Part shown: piece after piece, positions 25,001-40,000 of the stretch
How positions within the stretch are numbered: position 1 is the first letter of the stretch
How the letters are laid out: each line of letters opens with the position of its first letter
DNA from: Fimbriosthenelais zetlandica
Lineage: Eukaryota
DNA length: 64,000 nt
NCBI GenBank assembly: GCA_977030845.1
Contig: OZ365112.1
Location: 24,428,001-24,492,000 of the forward strand
Direction: 5' to 3'
Notes under the pieces: generated by a model
Database searches by the model: none
What the model was told of the DNA's origin: nothing
Seen by the model: the letters and a program-made list of their open reading frames with translations, nothing else
Program-made: the position numbers and the translations under genes

Positions 25001-28000
25001 GTCTGAAAAATATCCATTAAATCAGTTGTCGAGGTCCAACGCTGTAACATAAGCTCTGTAATACAAGAAAAAGGTCCAACGCTGTAACATAAGCTCTGTA
25101 ATACAAGAAAAAGTTTCTAGTCTATAGTGGCTATTAGCCTGATTAAACTGCAATCAGTGGCTGCTGCTGGAAGAGGAGTCCAATCACTGATTGAAGGAGT
25201 GAAGCTCGCTCCTCTCAACCTATAAAATAGAACAAAGAAAGGTGGATCCATGGCGGGGCTGGGTGGTGGTGGTGGTCAGTCGTTGACCGGGCTCTATACA
25301 CCTCTCTACACATAAATCCAGGTGTGTTGAGGGTGTAATGGTGTTAGAGATACATGGGCTAGTCTTACCTGTCCTAAAGTCGGGGAGAATCTCTTCTCGA
25401 CCGGCTGTCAATCCTAGCCCCATCTCTGCCGTGCGGCTGGTAAAATGCTTGGCATGTTCCACGAAGAACTTGCTACAGAGAATGAGATGATCCTGCCACA
25501 TTTGCCGGTCCATGTCGGACGCTGGGCCTCACAGCAGCTCTCTTCTCTCACCACTCTGAGCAATTCTTCATCCTTCTTCTTCTTCGCTCTCTTCTTCTGC
25601 TCACTTGGCAGATGCCAATCTAGGCAATCCATCAAGAAGACCAAGCCGTTCCTACTCCATCCATAATCCCACACTCCAGGTAACACGCGGGATGTCCCCC
25701 TGTCTTCTCTCTTCTCACTCAGCTTTCACACACCGACTCCTCACTGGAGGTACTCGGTACTTATAGGCCGGGTGTGTGACGCCACGAGCTGCTCGCACGT
25801 CACACAACGTCAGAGTTTCCTGCTCCTCTCGTTTAGGAAAGCCCGGAGAAAATAGTAGCTAATAATAGGAGGGGACTTCCGAGCGAGCGCCGGAAAGCAC
25901 TGGCTGCTTTAGATCCCGATTTAGAGACGCCTTATATGGGGTTCCCTTATCGGGAAAACTGGGTTCCGGACTGGCACTTCGGTACCGGAGGAGGAGGTGC
26001 TTCTGGCTTATGGAGAAGGAGGTGCGGTCTTGTAGTGCTTGTAGGGAGCGCTTGGTTCCTGTGCTCTTCTGCAATGCTGCAGCAGTGGTGGTGCCTTCTT
26101 CCTGGGCTGCTGTGTATGGGTATGTTGATGGTGGTGCCAGTGGTGGTGGGTGGTGTGTATGGTGGGGACGAAAGGTATGCTCTACCCCCACTCAGCCCAC
26201 CCCCTCCCCTCATAATCGGGTATGGGGAAAGGGAAGGAGGGGGGAAGGAGGAAAAAGTGTGAGAATCTAAATTTAGGATTAAATCTGCTTCTATAAACTG
26301 CATTGCTATATCCGCTGTGTATATCTCCATACCACCCGCCCACCAGAACACCCTATATTCTGCTCCAGCTTTAAAAACTCTACTCATATGTACTTGAGCT
26401 CCAGGACCGGAAGCGCTGCCTGGAGGACAGATATCGCTTCCTCCAGGGTGGCCTGGAAGTGACCAGTGGCTTATGGATGACAAGTCACCGTGTCAAATCC
26501 TTAAAGTCAGTTCACTCCAGGGGAACGCCAAAAGCTGACCCTCTACACCAATACCAAACATCAATAGCCCATGAATCTATTCCCTACATGCCAGCGGCAA
26601 ATGCTTTAAGCAAAGGGCTCTTTTTCAGTGAAAAATGTCCATATCACTTCACTTGCACACTTACAAATCGAAGCTTGAAGGGAACAAGAAGTAAGAGCTA
26701 AATCATTGAAGATTGGGACACAATCTGCAGACATCTATTTACTTGCAGCAGTTGGTAGGTAGAGAGACAGAGAAAGCATCAGATTGGAAACTGGTCTTGT
26801 ACCAATTCCACAACATGCAATGCCACAATGATCTAATATGACATGTGCAGCCATGCACTATTATATACTGTAACCTTTATATGTACATATGTTACGTATA
26901 GGTACATGGTGAAATAATAAAAGCAGTGAAGGGAGTGGGTGGGGGGTAAAATCAATGGTGGGTTGTTGGTAGCACATTGGAGTGGAGATCATAAAGCTTA
27001 CATCCTGCTCCGGGACTAAGAGTTTGGCCCTCACCCTGCTGGACCTCCTCCAGTAATCATCCGTCCTGCTTCCTCCAGGCAGTCAGTAGGAGGGATGGTT
27101 GGACGTCCCCGGGTGATATTGCATGTAATGATCAGACTCAAAGCCCGCCCTCATGTCAGTTAGGCCCCGGCTCAATCCTTTGATCTGAACTGACGGCTAT
27201 TCAATTATCAATACTAGCACCAGACCACTGCCTACTGCCTTGCTGGAGGGAGGCCTCTTTTGCCTTTGATGCGGCTGGCTTGTCCAGGGCCAGGAGCGGG
27301 GAGTGGCTACAGAGTGGTGGAAGCCAGGCGCTAAGCTCCCCGTACACAGGAGGTCATTCTCTAATCACCCCTCTCTTCTTGAGATGTGAAGGAGGATTTA
27401 ATTGGCTATCAATAACCAATCGCTGCTATCGATTGCAGGTTTGGAAAACCAATACTGTGAGGCTCAGGGTGTCTGGGAAATATCGATCCAGACTGCCTCC
27501 AGCAATCCATAACATGTATACAACTTACGTATTGTTCCCTTTCTCTTTTTATCTGTGAGAAAAAACAAACCCATTGCATGTTAACAAGAATGAGGTGTTT
27601 ATACATGAGTTTTTCAACATCTCATACACAAGTTTCTTTTGCTGGCTGGGTAGGGGGAGGGGGTAATATCTCCTTTCTCCTGCGTCGATGGTTCTCCAAT
27701 TGAACCAACGTTTCCAACTAAAGGAAAAAGAATGCCACCACTCTCCCCATTCACCACCTCTTGATCAACCAATACATGGACAGAAGACCTTGACTCCTTT
27801 GATGGTCGCTCCGGGATAAGACCGTCTGACGATGCCAAAGCTGAGATCAATGGGATGACGCGGCCTTCTTTTCACCTGATGAAAGTAGAGTCCAATCCAC
27901 TACAGAGGGGCTCAAAGCATCACAAAATGACCTCTCCTCTTAGAAAGGTGAGAGAAAGCTGACAGTGTAAGCTCCTACACTGTGTGATGTGGGGTGGTAA

Positions 28001-31000
28001 GGCATTGATTAGACGGTGAACATGGTCAATGCTTTCTGAGGCTGTTGGTCTGTATTACATTGGTATAGCACATACTTTCTTTGCATGCCATGAAAGGAAT
28101 ATAAGGAGTAAAGAAAGAAAGAGAGAGAGAAAGGGGGAGAGGAGGTATGGGGCCTCTCAGGGAGAGAGCATTAAAAGTGACAAGAAAGACGCTGCAGCAC
28201 CTCAGCTTCATTTGTGAAAAGACTTCCATAAGCAACTTCAGACCCCCTGGGTGAGGATGATCTTATGAGCCCATTAGTGATAGACAAACCTCAGCGATTT
28301 TCTTTCAAGGGACACGGCTAAATCTGGAAACTGTTCATTAGAAAAAGTTTCAACCCTTGAGGTCTTATTCCCACGAGCATTCACTCGTCTCTAAATTTGT
28401 ATTTCATCTGAAAGGGCTGCCATTTAAAAGTATAAATACATATTGCTGACTCGCAAATTTAGACCTAAGTTTCGTGGAAAACTCACAATGTAAAGTAACA
28501 CCTACAGATACTGGGAATGACGTTGGCAGTTTCAGAACGGTGCCAATTTATGCGAAAATTAATTATTGTATAAAACAGTAATAAGGTAACTTGCCAAATT
28601 ACAGAAAATGAGGGTTTATTTAAAGAGTTCTCTTTTTGATTTGCTTATATTGTACCTGAAGGCAGTGTTTGTCAAAAGCTACAACGGAGGACAATAGGTG
28701 TAATTAATAATTAATCGGATGTAATTGTTGGGGGACAATTAAAGTAAGAAAGGGAGCACGCTTCATTTGGACGTCATTGTACGGATCTCCGGTTTTTTGG
28801 CATTGTTCGATCACGTATTGAAAAACTCCTAATTTAATGATCGGACAAATCTGATTCCCAGGTGATCTACTGTCACGGTTGGCGAGGTAAAAATACCCGG
28901 AGCCCGGGCGGGAGACGTGTTCTAAAATGACCAGCCATTCTTTATTCAACAAATTAACGTCATGTCTTGGGTTTCCCCATGGTGGAACCTTAATTGGAAT
29001 ACGTCACGGAATCAGCATTGTTTTCAATCCAGTGACGCGGGTGGGTTTATGGGTTCGTCATCACATTGTGACGTTAAGGTATTTTAAGGAGGATGTTCCG
29101 GTCATATATAACAACAAACAACTTTAACATTGTTCATTGCAAGTCACTAATTGTCTCCTTTTTATCCAGTGATTCTCTCAACAGAATGTCTTTTTAGTTT
29201 TCATAAGCATTGTTTCCCTTTATCAATGTTAATATTGATCAAAAACTGATTTGGTTTAACTATATTCAGATCAGGAGGGACAGATTTCCATCAAGCCATC
29301 TCTAGGAAGACTAGATGTTGGAGATGGAAATAGACGAGAGACCACTGGGTATAAAACACGGCAGCCTAACAAGCTCTGATACAGTCTATGAATTGGTTCT
29401 TCCCAGAGACTCGTCCAGGCCTTCATGGTAAAGGCTACTTAATGACGAGAGCAGCAGGAGCAGGAGAAGCAGAGGACGAGGGGAAGGAGGGACAATGGGA
29501 AGAGGCATCAAACGTGCACATTTGTCTGCACGTACATTTGTTATCAGAAAGTGACCCAACTAGTTACTAACACAAACTCATCAGCAAGAATTATGGATGC
29601 AGTTTATCATTGGATAAATGGTGCTAATGGCAATTAAGTTTTTAACCATTATCTCATTTCCCATGTTCAGCATCCATAAATGTGGACACAACAACATAGC
29701 AATGACAGAGCGGTACAGACAGCACATTAAGCTTGTCAGACAGAATATATATATAGTTGGCGGGAGGCAGGGAGGGCTGAAGACCAGTATATGTTGAGGT
29801 CACCAGGAGAGGCTGTAGAGGTGAGGCCTTGGAGCAGTTAGTCACTGGCTGGAGGCTGGCAGGACATCCAGGTGGCTGGCCTCCTCATATAAATGTGATG
29901 TCCACGGGCAAGAATCACCTAGCAGTACTAGATAACATCACATACCTAGATGCTGAAGATACTGCAGAGAATATCTCCAGTGCATACATATTTAGTGGAT
30001 GTTTTAGATCTAAATTACAAACGGTTGCCATATAGTCCAAAATCAAGGATAGGCAAACTGCCATCCATCCACATAAAATGGTTGCCAGTCAACAGCCAAA
30101 TGAGTTGCTAAGAGAAGTCCTTTTTCTGACGAAATCAAACACTCACCAAGTGTGAGCAATTACCAATGTTTTGATATGAATTTGGATGACCCGGGACCAA
30201 GGTACGCAAGGGAAAGTGGTCGATCTAAAAGAAAACACAACGGCTAAATCCAGCCAAGTGTTGCCTCTTTGAGCAAACCCTACATGTAAAAATAATCATC
30301 AACAGTGCGAACCACTCGTGACGATATCGTGACATTAATATAAAAGGAAAGAAACAATACAAAATCCTCAGAAAGGTTTGTCTTTGGAATACTCTCTCAA
30401 TTTAGAGTACAAACGGTCCAGAATAGGACCGATGATCCTAAAATAGGGCCTCGGATCAGAAATATGTCTGTTGTGTTCTATTTCGGTCCTGGAATGCGTC
30501 TATTAATGGAAGAGTGAACTATAAATAGAGCCGGAGTTTCTCGTTTGAGCAGCTCTCATTTTGGACGATCCAAAAGGTGGAGAGTATTGCCGTGAAGAGT
30601 GACGTAAAGGAAGGATTCTGTATCTGCAGGCAGCTTCCACACGTCATCATTCCTTTTGTGGAGCACCTCCGAGTAGCTCACGGTTGCCAGGTAACGAGGA
30701 CCGAGCAGCTCTTCACCGTCATCAGCCTCCGCGTCTCTCCCCAGAAAAGAAACTCATCTCTCACCCAATATCAAGATATGGAATGGAATTACAAAAGGAG
30801 AGACAGAGGCCGGGTGGGGAAATGTCACCGTGCGTGTAGGTATGGTGATAGAGAGGGGACATCAATGCCCCTTATTACGTCACTACTACTTCCTGAAACG
30901 CTCAATGCATGCTAACGCTGACAAAAAGCAGATCTGAATTACAGATGTCATATGGGTTGAGAGGGCTTGAAGGACAATCAGCTTAATGATAGCATCTTCT

Positions 31001-34000
31001 TTTCCTGCGCTCAATCCATTAAAATAATTAAGGTTTGATGGATTGCATTTTAAAGTGATGCTTTTCAGAAGGTGCAGAGGCTGGCAGAATTTATAGTGCT
31101 ACAATCTGATTAAACAAAAACAGTGGTAGAAATGGATTTCCCCAGTGAGCATTCCTCAACTGCGGACAGACAGATCCAGTTCGGCTGCATACAAATCTCA
31201 TGCAAGCATATTAAAGCTGCAATTACATATGCAACACTCACATGCTTATATACAGCTATAGGGGTAAGTAATAGAGTGGTTTACACAAAAGAGTGTTCTA
31301 GAGGACATCAACACCTGCATGGTGCCTAATGCAAGTTGTCCTTCTCTAAGAGATATGCAAACCGGATCAGACACTTCCTTTCTATGTATAGCTATAGGAA
31401 AGCATACGCGTTTCATTTATGTAAATCTGTGATAAGCTAATTGTCTTGTTTGCTTGACATTTTGCCGATGCCAGCATTAATACTTTGCGGACGCTGGCAG
31501 CAATGCGCTGAGCTGCTGCTTCTTCCATAAAGAGCTTGAGGAGGGAGGAGGAAGGCCTGGATGTGGGAGGAGGAGATGGAGATGAGAGAGACAGAGAGAT
31601 GCTGACAGTATCTCTACTAGTGGGTGTATCTGATAGACGTCAGAATCCCCATAATCGTCACTATACCCAAATGTGTATCCCTACCTATAGAACGCAGCCG
31701 GGTCTATTTTAACCTGGCATCTGGACAGGAAATAGCTTATATCACTTAAAACATCACTTTTGATTTCCTGTTTCTCAGCAATCTGTATTAGTTCTGTTCA
31801 TATGCAGGTGTGGTCCTTGTTCATTTTAAGTACACCTAAAATGACTGGGGATATTTTTAATCACCAGAATTTGGCATCGGAAGCGAGCGAGGCATCCATC
31901 CAAGTTGTTGGCTTCTTCATCGCTGCAAAGCGATGAGATACATAATTCCATCAGCCTTGCCTTGCATTTCACTTAAGCAGAGCACTTGAGATCTTGTTCA
32001 TATGATGGAAAGGTGAGGAAAGCCAAGGCACATTATGGCTACACAACATCAATGGCTGTCCTGCAAGTTTGTCCAGGTCAACAGCGCCGCCTGATTGCAT
32101 GAAAGAAGCTATAAAGAAGGTAGTGTGGGTGGGGCGGCAGGCAGGAAAGTTAAAGTGGACCATTTGAAGGCAGACAGGATGTCAGGGCAGGGGGAGCGAG
32201 CGACGTCCAGTTAATTGTATTATAAAACAGGCAGGAGATATATGGCGGGCCCTCTGACCTCTATTCACCTCACTGGTGTGACCCTCTCCACCTCAAGTCA
32301 GGTCATAGACTCATTATATATTAGCCAGACAATGCTGAGTAAGCCATTCTCAATCACCAAATCTGGCTTTATCAATTGTGACCATACATTATGGTTATTT
32401 GTCAATTCCTAAACGATTCACTCCTGGTTTTTAGTGCATGCTCTGTTATATTTTATGGCAAGTCACTCGTAGCAGTCGAGAAACATTTAAAAGGCAGTAA
32501 GTTGAGACTGGCTTGAAGTAAAGGACTTGGCGCTGGTGGAGGGGAATGGGCTGTAAAGAGAGGTGAGCAATCACTTGTTACATGTGATGTATGTAGGGGA
32601 CGTCAAAGGAGAGCAGGTCTACAGGAAGTACCGGAAACGGAAGCCCTGCACGCGCTCATACCTGCAGCAATGAGCAGCAAGCGTTTTGCATCATGCAAGA
32701 AGCTTGAAATGTACTGGTCAAAACAGGTATACTTCACTGCTTGGTTAGAGCAGGATTTCACCAGAGTTGGTTGTTCCTATGGACAACATTCTTTTCCAAA
32801 ATCGGATTGTATTAATTGCTGATTTGAGTTATGGATCTGGACCTAATTAAATCAGGAGAATTGATCAGTAACAATTCTTGACTCCATTTCCAAGTCACCA
32901 TTAGTCATTGAAACATTTGATTGAAGCAGAATGTCAATACATTGTCGAGCAAAGTTGGGATTTAAAAAGCCCTGAAAGCATGGTCCATATTTCAACCCTG
33001 GTTGAAATGCTGACCTTACAATACAAGTGCCCTCCTATAGTGATAGATGCATCTTCATGTCAGCCTGGCAAGAATGGCATTAAATATTCACTAGTGGCGG
33101 CCACAGAGGTTAAAAGACCCGGGAGCCCTGAAATCCCCCCAGTGGTTCTCTACAGCAGCTGAAGCCAGGCCACTGCCTGCTTGCTCCCTGTGCCGAGGCT
33201 GAGACTTCTGAATAATGCGGCGCCGGTCGCTGAGGCATTTGATGAAGTCAGACTTCATAGAGGTCTGATCAGTGACAAGAAGAGCAATCACAGAGGGGAG
33301 ATATTCAATGAAGATTATTCATAAACGGGGCTCAACTCTGCCATGGGGGAGATTGGATGCTGGGGTGGGTGTGCTGGGGGATATGGAAGACTTTCCACAA
33401 TGGATTTATCACAAGACTCGGTTCTCAAAGAGCTCAGGTTTAAGCAATGAAACCAAGATATTGAGGTCTATATTAAATATACAATTGCATCTATAACTGT
33501 CACAAGCCGAATTTTAAACATTTGGATATGGGTGACATTTATTGGTATATATGTCATATATTCAGTGACAAATATTGATCACATGTAATAGGATATTATT
33601 CACCTACAACAAGGGGTAATACCAACACTATATTATAGACTTGGCGCCTGTAGTCCCTTTCAATCCAGAGCATCAACCCCGCTTCACTCACAACACCTCA
33701 GGGCAATCCCTCCTCGAGCATACATAAGATTACTATTGTGCCTTCCGCCTCAATGAAGTTCTGGGGCTCTATGTAGATACTACAGTGAGCAATATTCCAT
33801 GGCTTTATTTCAATGTCAATATTTCATCCTAGTGGATTAGCATATATAATGTAAATAGTCACTATGTAGCCGATAGATGGAAATGAAGGGTACTGACGCC
33901 TAGGGTGGCCCAAGGTAGAGGGAGATCTGTTGGGGCTGAATTGTAGCCTATACTGAAGTGTTCAGTATATTACATACGATTTGGAAGATTCAATTCTGAC

Positions 34001-37000
34001 CATTTGTAACATGTTTCCTTGTATTGCTTAATTTTGGATACTCTAAAGCAAGCTACAGCTAGGATTTCCCTTTTGGGGGATTGGATTACTTTTGGATTGA
34101 AAGCATTATTTTCATCCATAAACAGAGAATTGGCAGATATAAATAATTCATAATTCTAAATAAATCACTCATAGCACTGAATCAATTATAATCCCCGGGA
34201 GAAAGTAATAGACCTCCCTAAGCCATTAAGCTTGAATGCTGTTCCATTTCTGGATGGTAAAACTAAATACAGACCAGCACCAAAAAGTGAACAGGATCCA
34301 CTCTGGGGTGGCCCAGGGAATATCATTTCCGCTGGCAAATTCCCCTAGCATAATATCCAATTCAGCCTGCGAGACAGAATATGGACTTGCCATTTAAAGA
34401 CAGAAGCTATTTCTTTTATTTATTTGTATAGGGGTTGCATTCTACGTAAGCTTATTGAAGCTCGGTTTACGCAGGGGAATTGAAGAGCTTCTTTACGTCA
34501 CAGTAAAAGCGATAACCGCTGAAGTTGACATTTGTGTAAAGGCTTGGTTGGTGGGGACAAAAGCAGCAGATCCTTTTGGAAGCTGACAATTAGCTGGATC
34601 ATATAGGAAGGTGGCCTTTTTGGCGGGCATTCATGGCGGTGGATTGAAGACGTTAATGACGAATGTATTCCAAGGAAGGAATCATTGAAAATGCCATTAA
34701 TCAAGTCGTTAAAAGGCAGGCTTATTTTTGGCATGGCTTCTTCTATAATTGCCCGCAGACAGAAACTTTGCGTCCGGCATTCGGGTTTGGACTGAAAGAA
34801 AAACCACGATGAAACCGAATTGCTATGACATTAAAAATAATTAGAGGGTATTAGGATGTGAAGCTCTCAAATGGAGCTGAATTAATGTCATGATTTACCG
34901 CAGTCGAAGATAATAAAAGGTCCTAGAAACAAAAGAATGTTAATTTTCCATTTGAAAGTCGATGGTTTGGTCCTAATCGGGTCCGCGCCACACCGATCGA
35001 GGAGCTCAGAGCTGGTGGAGAGCGATGATGAAACTCATGATTTTTCATCAGAAAACTTAATATTTCCCATACATCTTGTATGTGAGATTCCCAGCGTTTG
35101 CTTGATTAATTTACCCAGCAGATCTCAGTACCTCAATATAGCGCAGATCATCCTCCCCACCCGTGCCTCCTCACGCCGTACAAATGATGGATAACCATAT
35201 CTTTCATGATTCATATCTTTTTAAGACCAAAACCTGTGGAGCGGGTCTTGAAAAAGAAATGATTTGCCATTTCCCATCAGACTCTTTCCTTCTGCTGCAA
35301 GTGTGAATTAAACATTCCAACACACGAGAGCTGACCTTGAGAAGAAAATGAGTTTCAAGCAATGATCAATCTTTGCCTAAAATCCTTTTTTTCTTCAGTT
35401 AATATCTTTCGTATTGGCAGGAAACAAATTGGAAAGGTTAAAGAACCTGGTCCCATCACATATTTGTTAATGAAGGGCGTCCAATTGGAGAATCCAGGGG
35501 CAGAGACTATCAAGAAACTGATAAGGAAATAAAATGACAGGAAGCGATAAAATATTTAAAGCCAATAAGACCACACACAGCCTGCAGACACGGAAATGCC
35601 TTTTATGTAACTTGCTGCAAATTAGTCTGAACTTTGCATGCAATGGCAACAACACCAGAGGAAGTCCGGGAAAAACAAAACTTTGTTTGTCGCTTCGTAC
35701 ACTCTAAATCCAATGATCGAGTCCAACCAAAGGTCCTGCTGAGACAACACTCAAAAGCAAAATAGTTAGGACCCTCTCTTATCTGGGGTATAAAATAGTA
35801 GCAATTTAACGATTTTGTAATTTATTGTTGCCTTGTTGCCCAGATGTGCCTAGTTTTGTCAAGGTTGGTCTCAATAATTATTACATTAGGAATATTCCCG
35901 TCCATCTTTTTAAACGGTTTTAGAGTGTAGCCATCTCAGGGTGGTAAGAGACGACCAGCAGTCTCAATAAAGCTCATGTTTTCTTCATCCCTGACTAGTG
36001 AATGAAATATTCAAATGTCGTGGGAAATCAAGCCGTCCCGGCTGGTTTCCACAACTGTACAAGACTCGGTGATGGTCTCTCCTGTCGTTACTGTAGAGCT
36101 AATATGATTAAGGATGATGTATACGCTAATGGCAGATCTCTATCAAGAGAAAAACTACCGCCGCCTGAATTTCCTCGGAAATGATCAAATTTTAACATCA
36201 ACCAACTAGCGTTACCAGCCTAATTAATAGGTCCAATTAACTGAAGAATAAAACATCGCAGGCCTTTCTCTTAAACTGCACGAAAGGCAATGAATTATAA
36301 GGAGGCCCAACAGTATATGATACGTTCTGTAATGTATTTTGTCCATTACTTGAATCCTTTTCAAAGTGAATTATTCACAAGAACATGAGTGTGGGAGGAG
36401 AAGTTGTGAGGTATCAGATTTATCTTGATTTCTCCTGATAAACGGGCAGTGGATGGCGGTACTTTGTTGGTGGAGGGAGGCAGATGGAGGCTTCTCCAGT
36501 CTCCTCGCCAGGTGTCGTCAGCGTGAGGGGACCAACCAACCTCTCCAGACGTGGCTTTTTATTATTCAAAGCGGAGAAATCTCATCTTTTTACTCGTTAA
36601 AAGTAAACGATTTATGATGAGACGTCCGGGGGTGAGATAGAAGTGAAAATACTGACGCTTTAGACACTTTAGATGCTTTAGATGCTTCAGACACTTTAGA
36701 CGCAGTTTGTTTGTAAACTGTGCAGTGAGAAGGCCTGCTCCGTGAGCAAGGGGCTCACTGCTTCAGGCGGAAATTAATGAATTCTGGTCATGTTGTCTCA
36801 TTAAAAACTTACTTTGGCAAGCTGCGAGACTTCCTGTTTTCATTTTAATGGACTATATGACAACCTTATCATAATAGTGCCTGGAGTCGGCCTCGTAACT
36901 GGCAGCTGACATACACAGTCTACAAATGTACACTGAAGCACGGTCAAAAAGCGAACTTGGCTTAATTGATTTCAGCAATTTAACCAGCTGTATTGCCTTT

Positions 37001-40000
37001 AATTACCAAGATAAACATCGAAGGAAAGAGAAAGGACAGCTGGAGGATATATTCTAAACATCACTTCAGGCTCAGAAAGCAATATCTCGGCCCACCTTCT
37101 GACCCATGTTTGATAATATGAACAAGTTGAGGGGGAGTGCTTTTAGACCTAGCATCTGTCCAAAACAATCTTATGAGGAGCCTCAAGCAAGTTCTGAGGA
37201 AAAAGATGAATAATCAGTGAATATCGCGTGGAGGATGTTTCTGCAAAACGTCCCCTTCACTTGCCACTCCCAATTAAACTCTTATCCTTAACACCCACAA
37301 CCTTGTGAAGGGGTGGTCTTATACATATCCACATATAATCCTCAGCACGGCTACAAAAAACGAGAGGCAGATAAATGTTTTCTCCTCTTTTTTATATTGT
37401 TTGTTATTCGTCCAGGGTATTGAGATCTGGTTCAAGGTTGAATTCTAGGTACTCCTCGAATGATAGAAAAACAAGATCTAGGTGAAGGAAAAGAACAACA
37501 GACCAATGTCTGCCGGGAAGGATTGGAAATGATGAGTAAAAAGTGCAGGTGTAGAACCGTAATATAAAGATATAAAGAGCATTTGTCAACATAGGGTCTT
37601 CTCAAGTTCACATCATGAAGCAGAAGAACATGCAACCTGTCAACGGCAGGAAACAGTGACAAGTGGCAAATCATAAGTAATGCAGTAGGCCTACCCTAAA
37701 TGAAGCACAGTCACCCATGTAGTCGCTTCAACATTTTATCCAAGAACCCTTATAGAATCCCAATATCTTAACAGGACACACACAGACAGTGTCTGTTCAT
37801 CAAGTGGGAAGTTGTTCAGACATTGAATGTTTTAATTAGGATGTGGGGTGAGAGTACATCAGTAATGGTGTTTCTCGTGCCATGTCCTGCAGGCAGTGTA
37901 TGTTGATGACGGTGTAGAGACAGTAGGATGCTGGTGTCGTCTCCTGTCTCCTCCTCTAGCTGTTGGTTCAGCTTCAGCAGGTGTGTTTGACAACCTAGAG
38001 TCTACACACGACACATTCCACTCGCCACTATACTTATACCTTTTTCCTCTTCAATGTTTCAATCCCTCCAGGGCTGGGAAAGATTGTAGGCCTATGTGAC
38101 TTACAAATGGGATTGGTTACAAGGTTCAAGTTTTGAAAAAAAGTTACAGCAAAGGTTCATTAATATTACATTTAATATGGGTAATATTCATACGCTGGAT
38201 TCATCATCTCAGCGTGTAGCGTTGAATGACTTTGAAACTTGAGGGTTATGGTTTAAAATGTGATCCACTAACCCTCATGGAAGTAATATCTGGCAATGTT
38301 TCATGATTTTTCAAGGTTTCAAGGTGAAACTTGAACCTTATTATTGAAGGCCTCTTTAAACAAAAATGATATCCAGATAGGAGATTCAAAGGCGCATTTC
38401 AACGAGATAAATGAGTTTCCTTCATGAGTATCTAGATTATAGGATTCGGGGGTGGAGGTGTGTTGCGTTTTTTTTGGTGGGGGAGGGGGGGGGGGGGTAC
38501 TACTCTAAAGAAAACTGCCTTTAGATCTTTCCAAGTTTAATATGGTAGAGATTTCTTCCCACCATTTGGTAGACACTAGTCTGCAATGAGTTGCCTTGAC
38601 ATTAGCCGGATCTTAGAACTGACATGAACACTGGGTGATGGATATAACATTGACAGCCGCACCAGGCAGCATCACGGCTGCCCTCTATCAGTGAACGCAC
38701 CAACTACTTGGATCATCGCACCAACATGATTTACCTGGTGTATAAAATCTGAACTAATCCAAATTTCTAATCACCTCCCACCCCGGTCTATATCTCCGCC
38801 AATTATAAAAGCCTTTTTGGAGGTAGACGAGGAGATAATTTTCCTGGAAGCGAGTATGAGTGGGAGCAGGAGTTTATCCATCATCGTGCCTCTGCCTCTC
38901 TTCAGATCGCGTTTCTTGGGGGTGGCCATCTCAGTGTGGAGTCCTCCAATGTGTATTTATTCACATAAAAGTGGGTGATGGATGCGTGGTGGGTCAGAGG
39001 TGCGGACATATCCTACTTAATATTCATTTACATAGGCTCACACTCCTTCAGCGCAGATATCAAACTAGATCAGTTGAGGCCCATTTCATAATAGATAACA
39101 TAATAGGGGGTTTTGAAACGTGCCCCCGGGAGTTTATCTCAGTAGCTGGCTCGCTAATAACAAGTCAAGACTTCACACTATTAAATCCAGGCTCAATCAC
39201 TGCCACAATCACTCATATCCCCAGGCTCATTCTATAAATAACTTTACCCCAATCCCTCTCCAAGAGTAGATTTTTTGGAGGGAATTCAGGCAATGTAGAG
39301 AGCAGTGTGTGGGTACCTCTGGATGGTTGGATTTGGGCCTTACATATATGATTTGGGCCTTACATATATGATCAGGGCCTTACATATATGAGAGTACCAT
39401 ATATCCTGAATGCACATCACTTGAAGCAACTTAGCGAAATGTATTGAATCTGTGAAAGGTTGCCTTAAAATGCTATAGTTGCACATAGTTGCTTAAATCA
39501 TTATTTTTCTCATGCCCTAAATGATCAATGTTATTGGGTATATATCCCAAAAGTGGGATGAAGCTGTGTCGTGATGTGGTTATATACCATGCAGTCAATC
39601 TCAGTATACATGGTTAAAGCGTGAAGTCTGTGCCATACATTGACGGGGATCGATCAGCCTGTAGGTAGGCCTAAAGCTGCCAGGAAGTAAGTAATCTGTA
39701 GGCAGATTAGGCCAGGAAATCCATAGAAGATCAATCACTGATCTATATAATGTATACAGGGGTATATAGGTGTAGAGGTTTAGCAAACCCTGGAACCCAA
39801 CTGCCAGAAACTATAATTATAGCCCCTTAGTCAGGCCAGTAGACTCTTACAATGAGTTATAGTAACCATAGACAAAACTTTATGTCTATGGAGTAACATT
39901 TTTATGAAACACATGGAGTTGAGAAGGGGGAACGTTCTCATAAGAACATTATTCATCAAGGTGGCAGGGTTTTAAAGAATATTAAAGATATGGGAGCGGA

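Noticed and set aside
37810-37994. Coding-like frame CQTHLLKLNQQLEEETGDDTSILL
   Set aside because: Weak acceptor, no usable donor and no recognisable family.
39866-39891. CCATAGACA/TGTCTATGG hairpin (Helentron/HINE-like); also small hairpins at 21869-21900 and 55171-55192
   Set aside because: Stems of 9-10 bp with no accompanying element structure are expected by chance.
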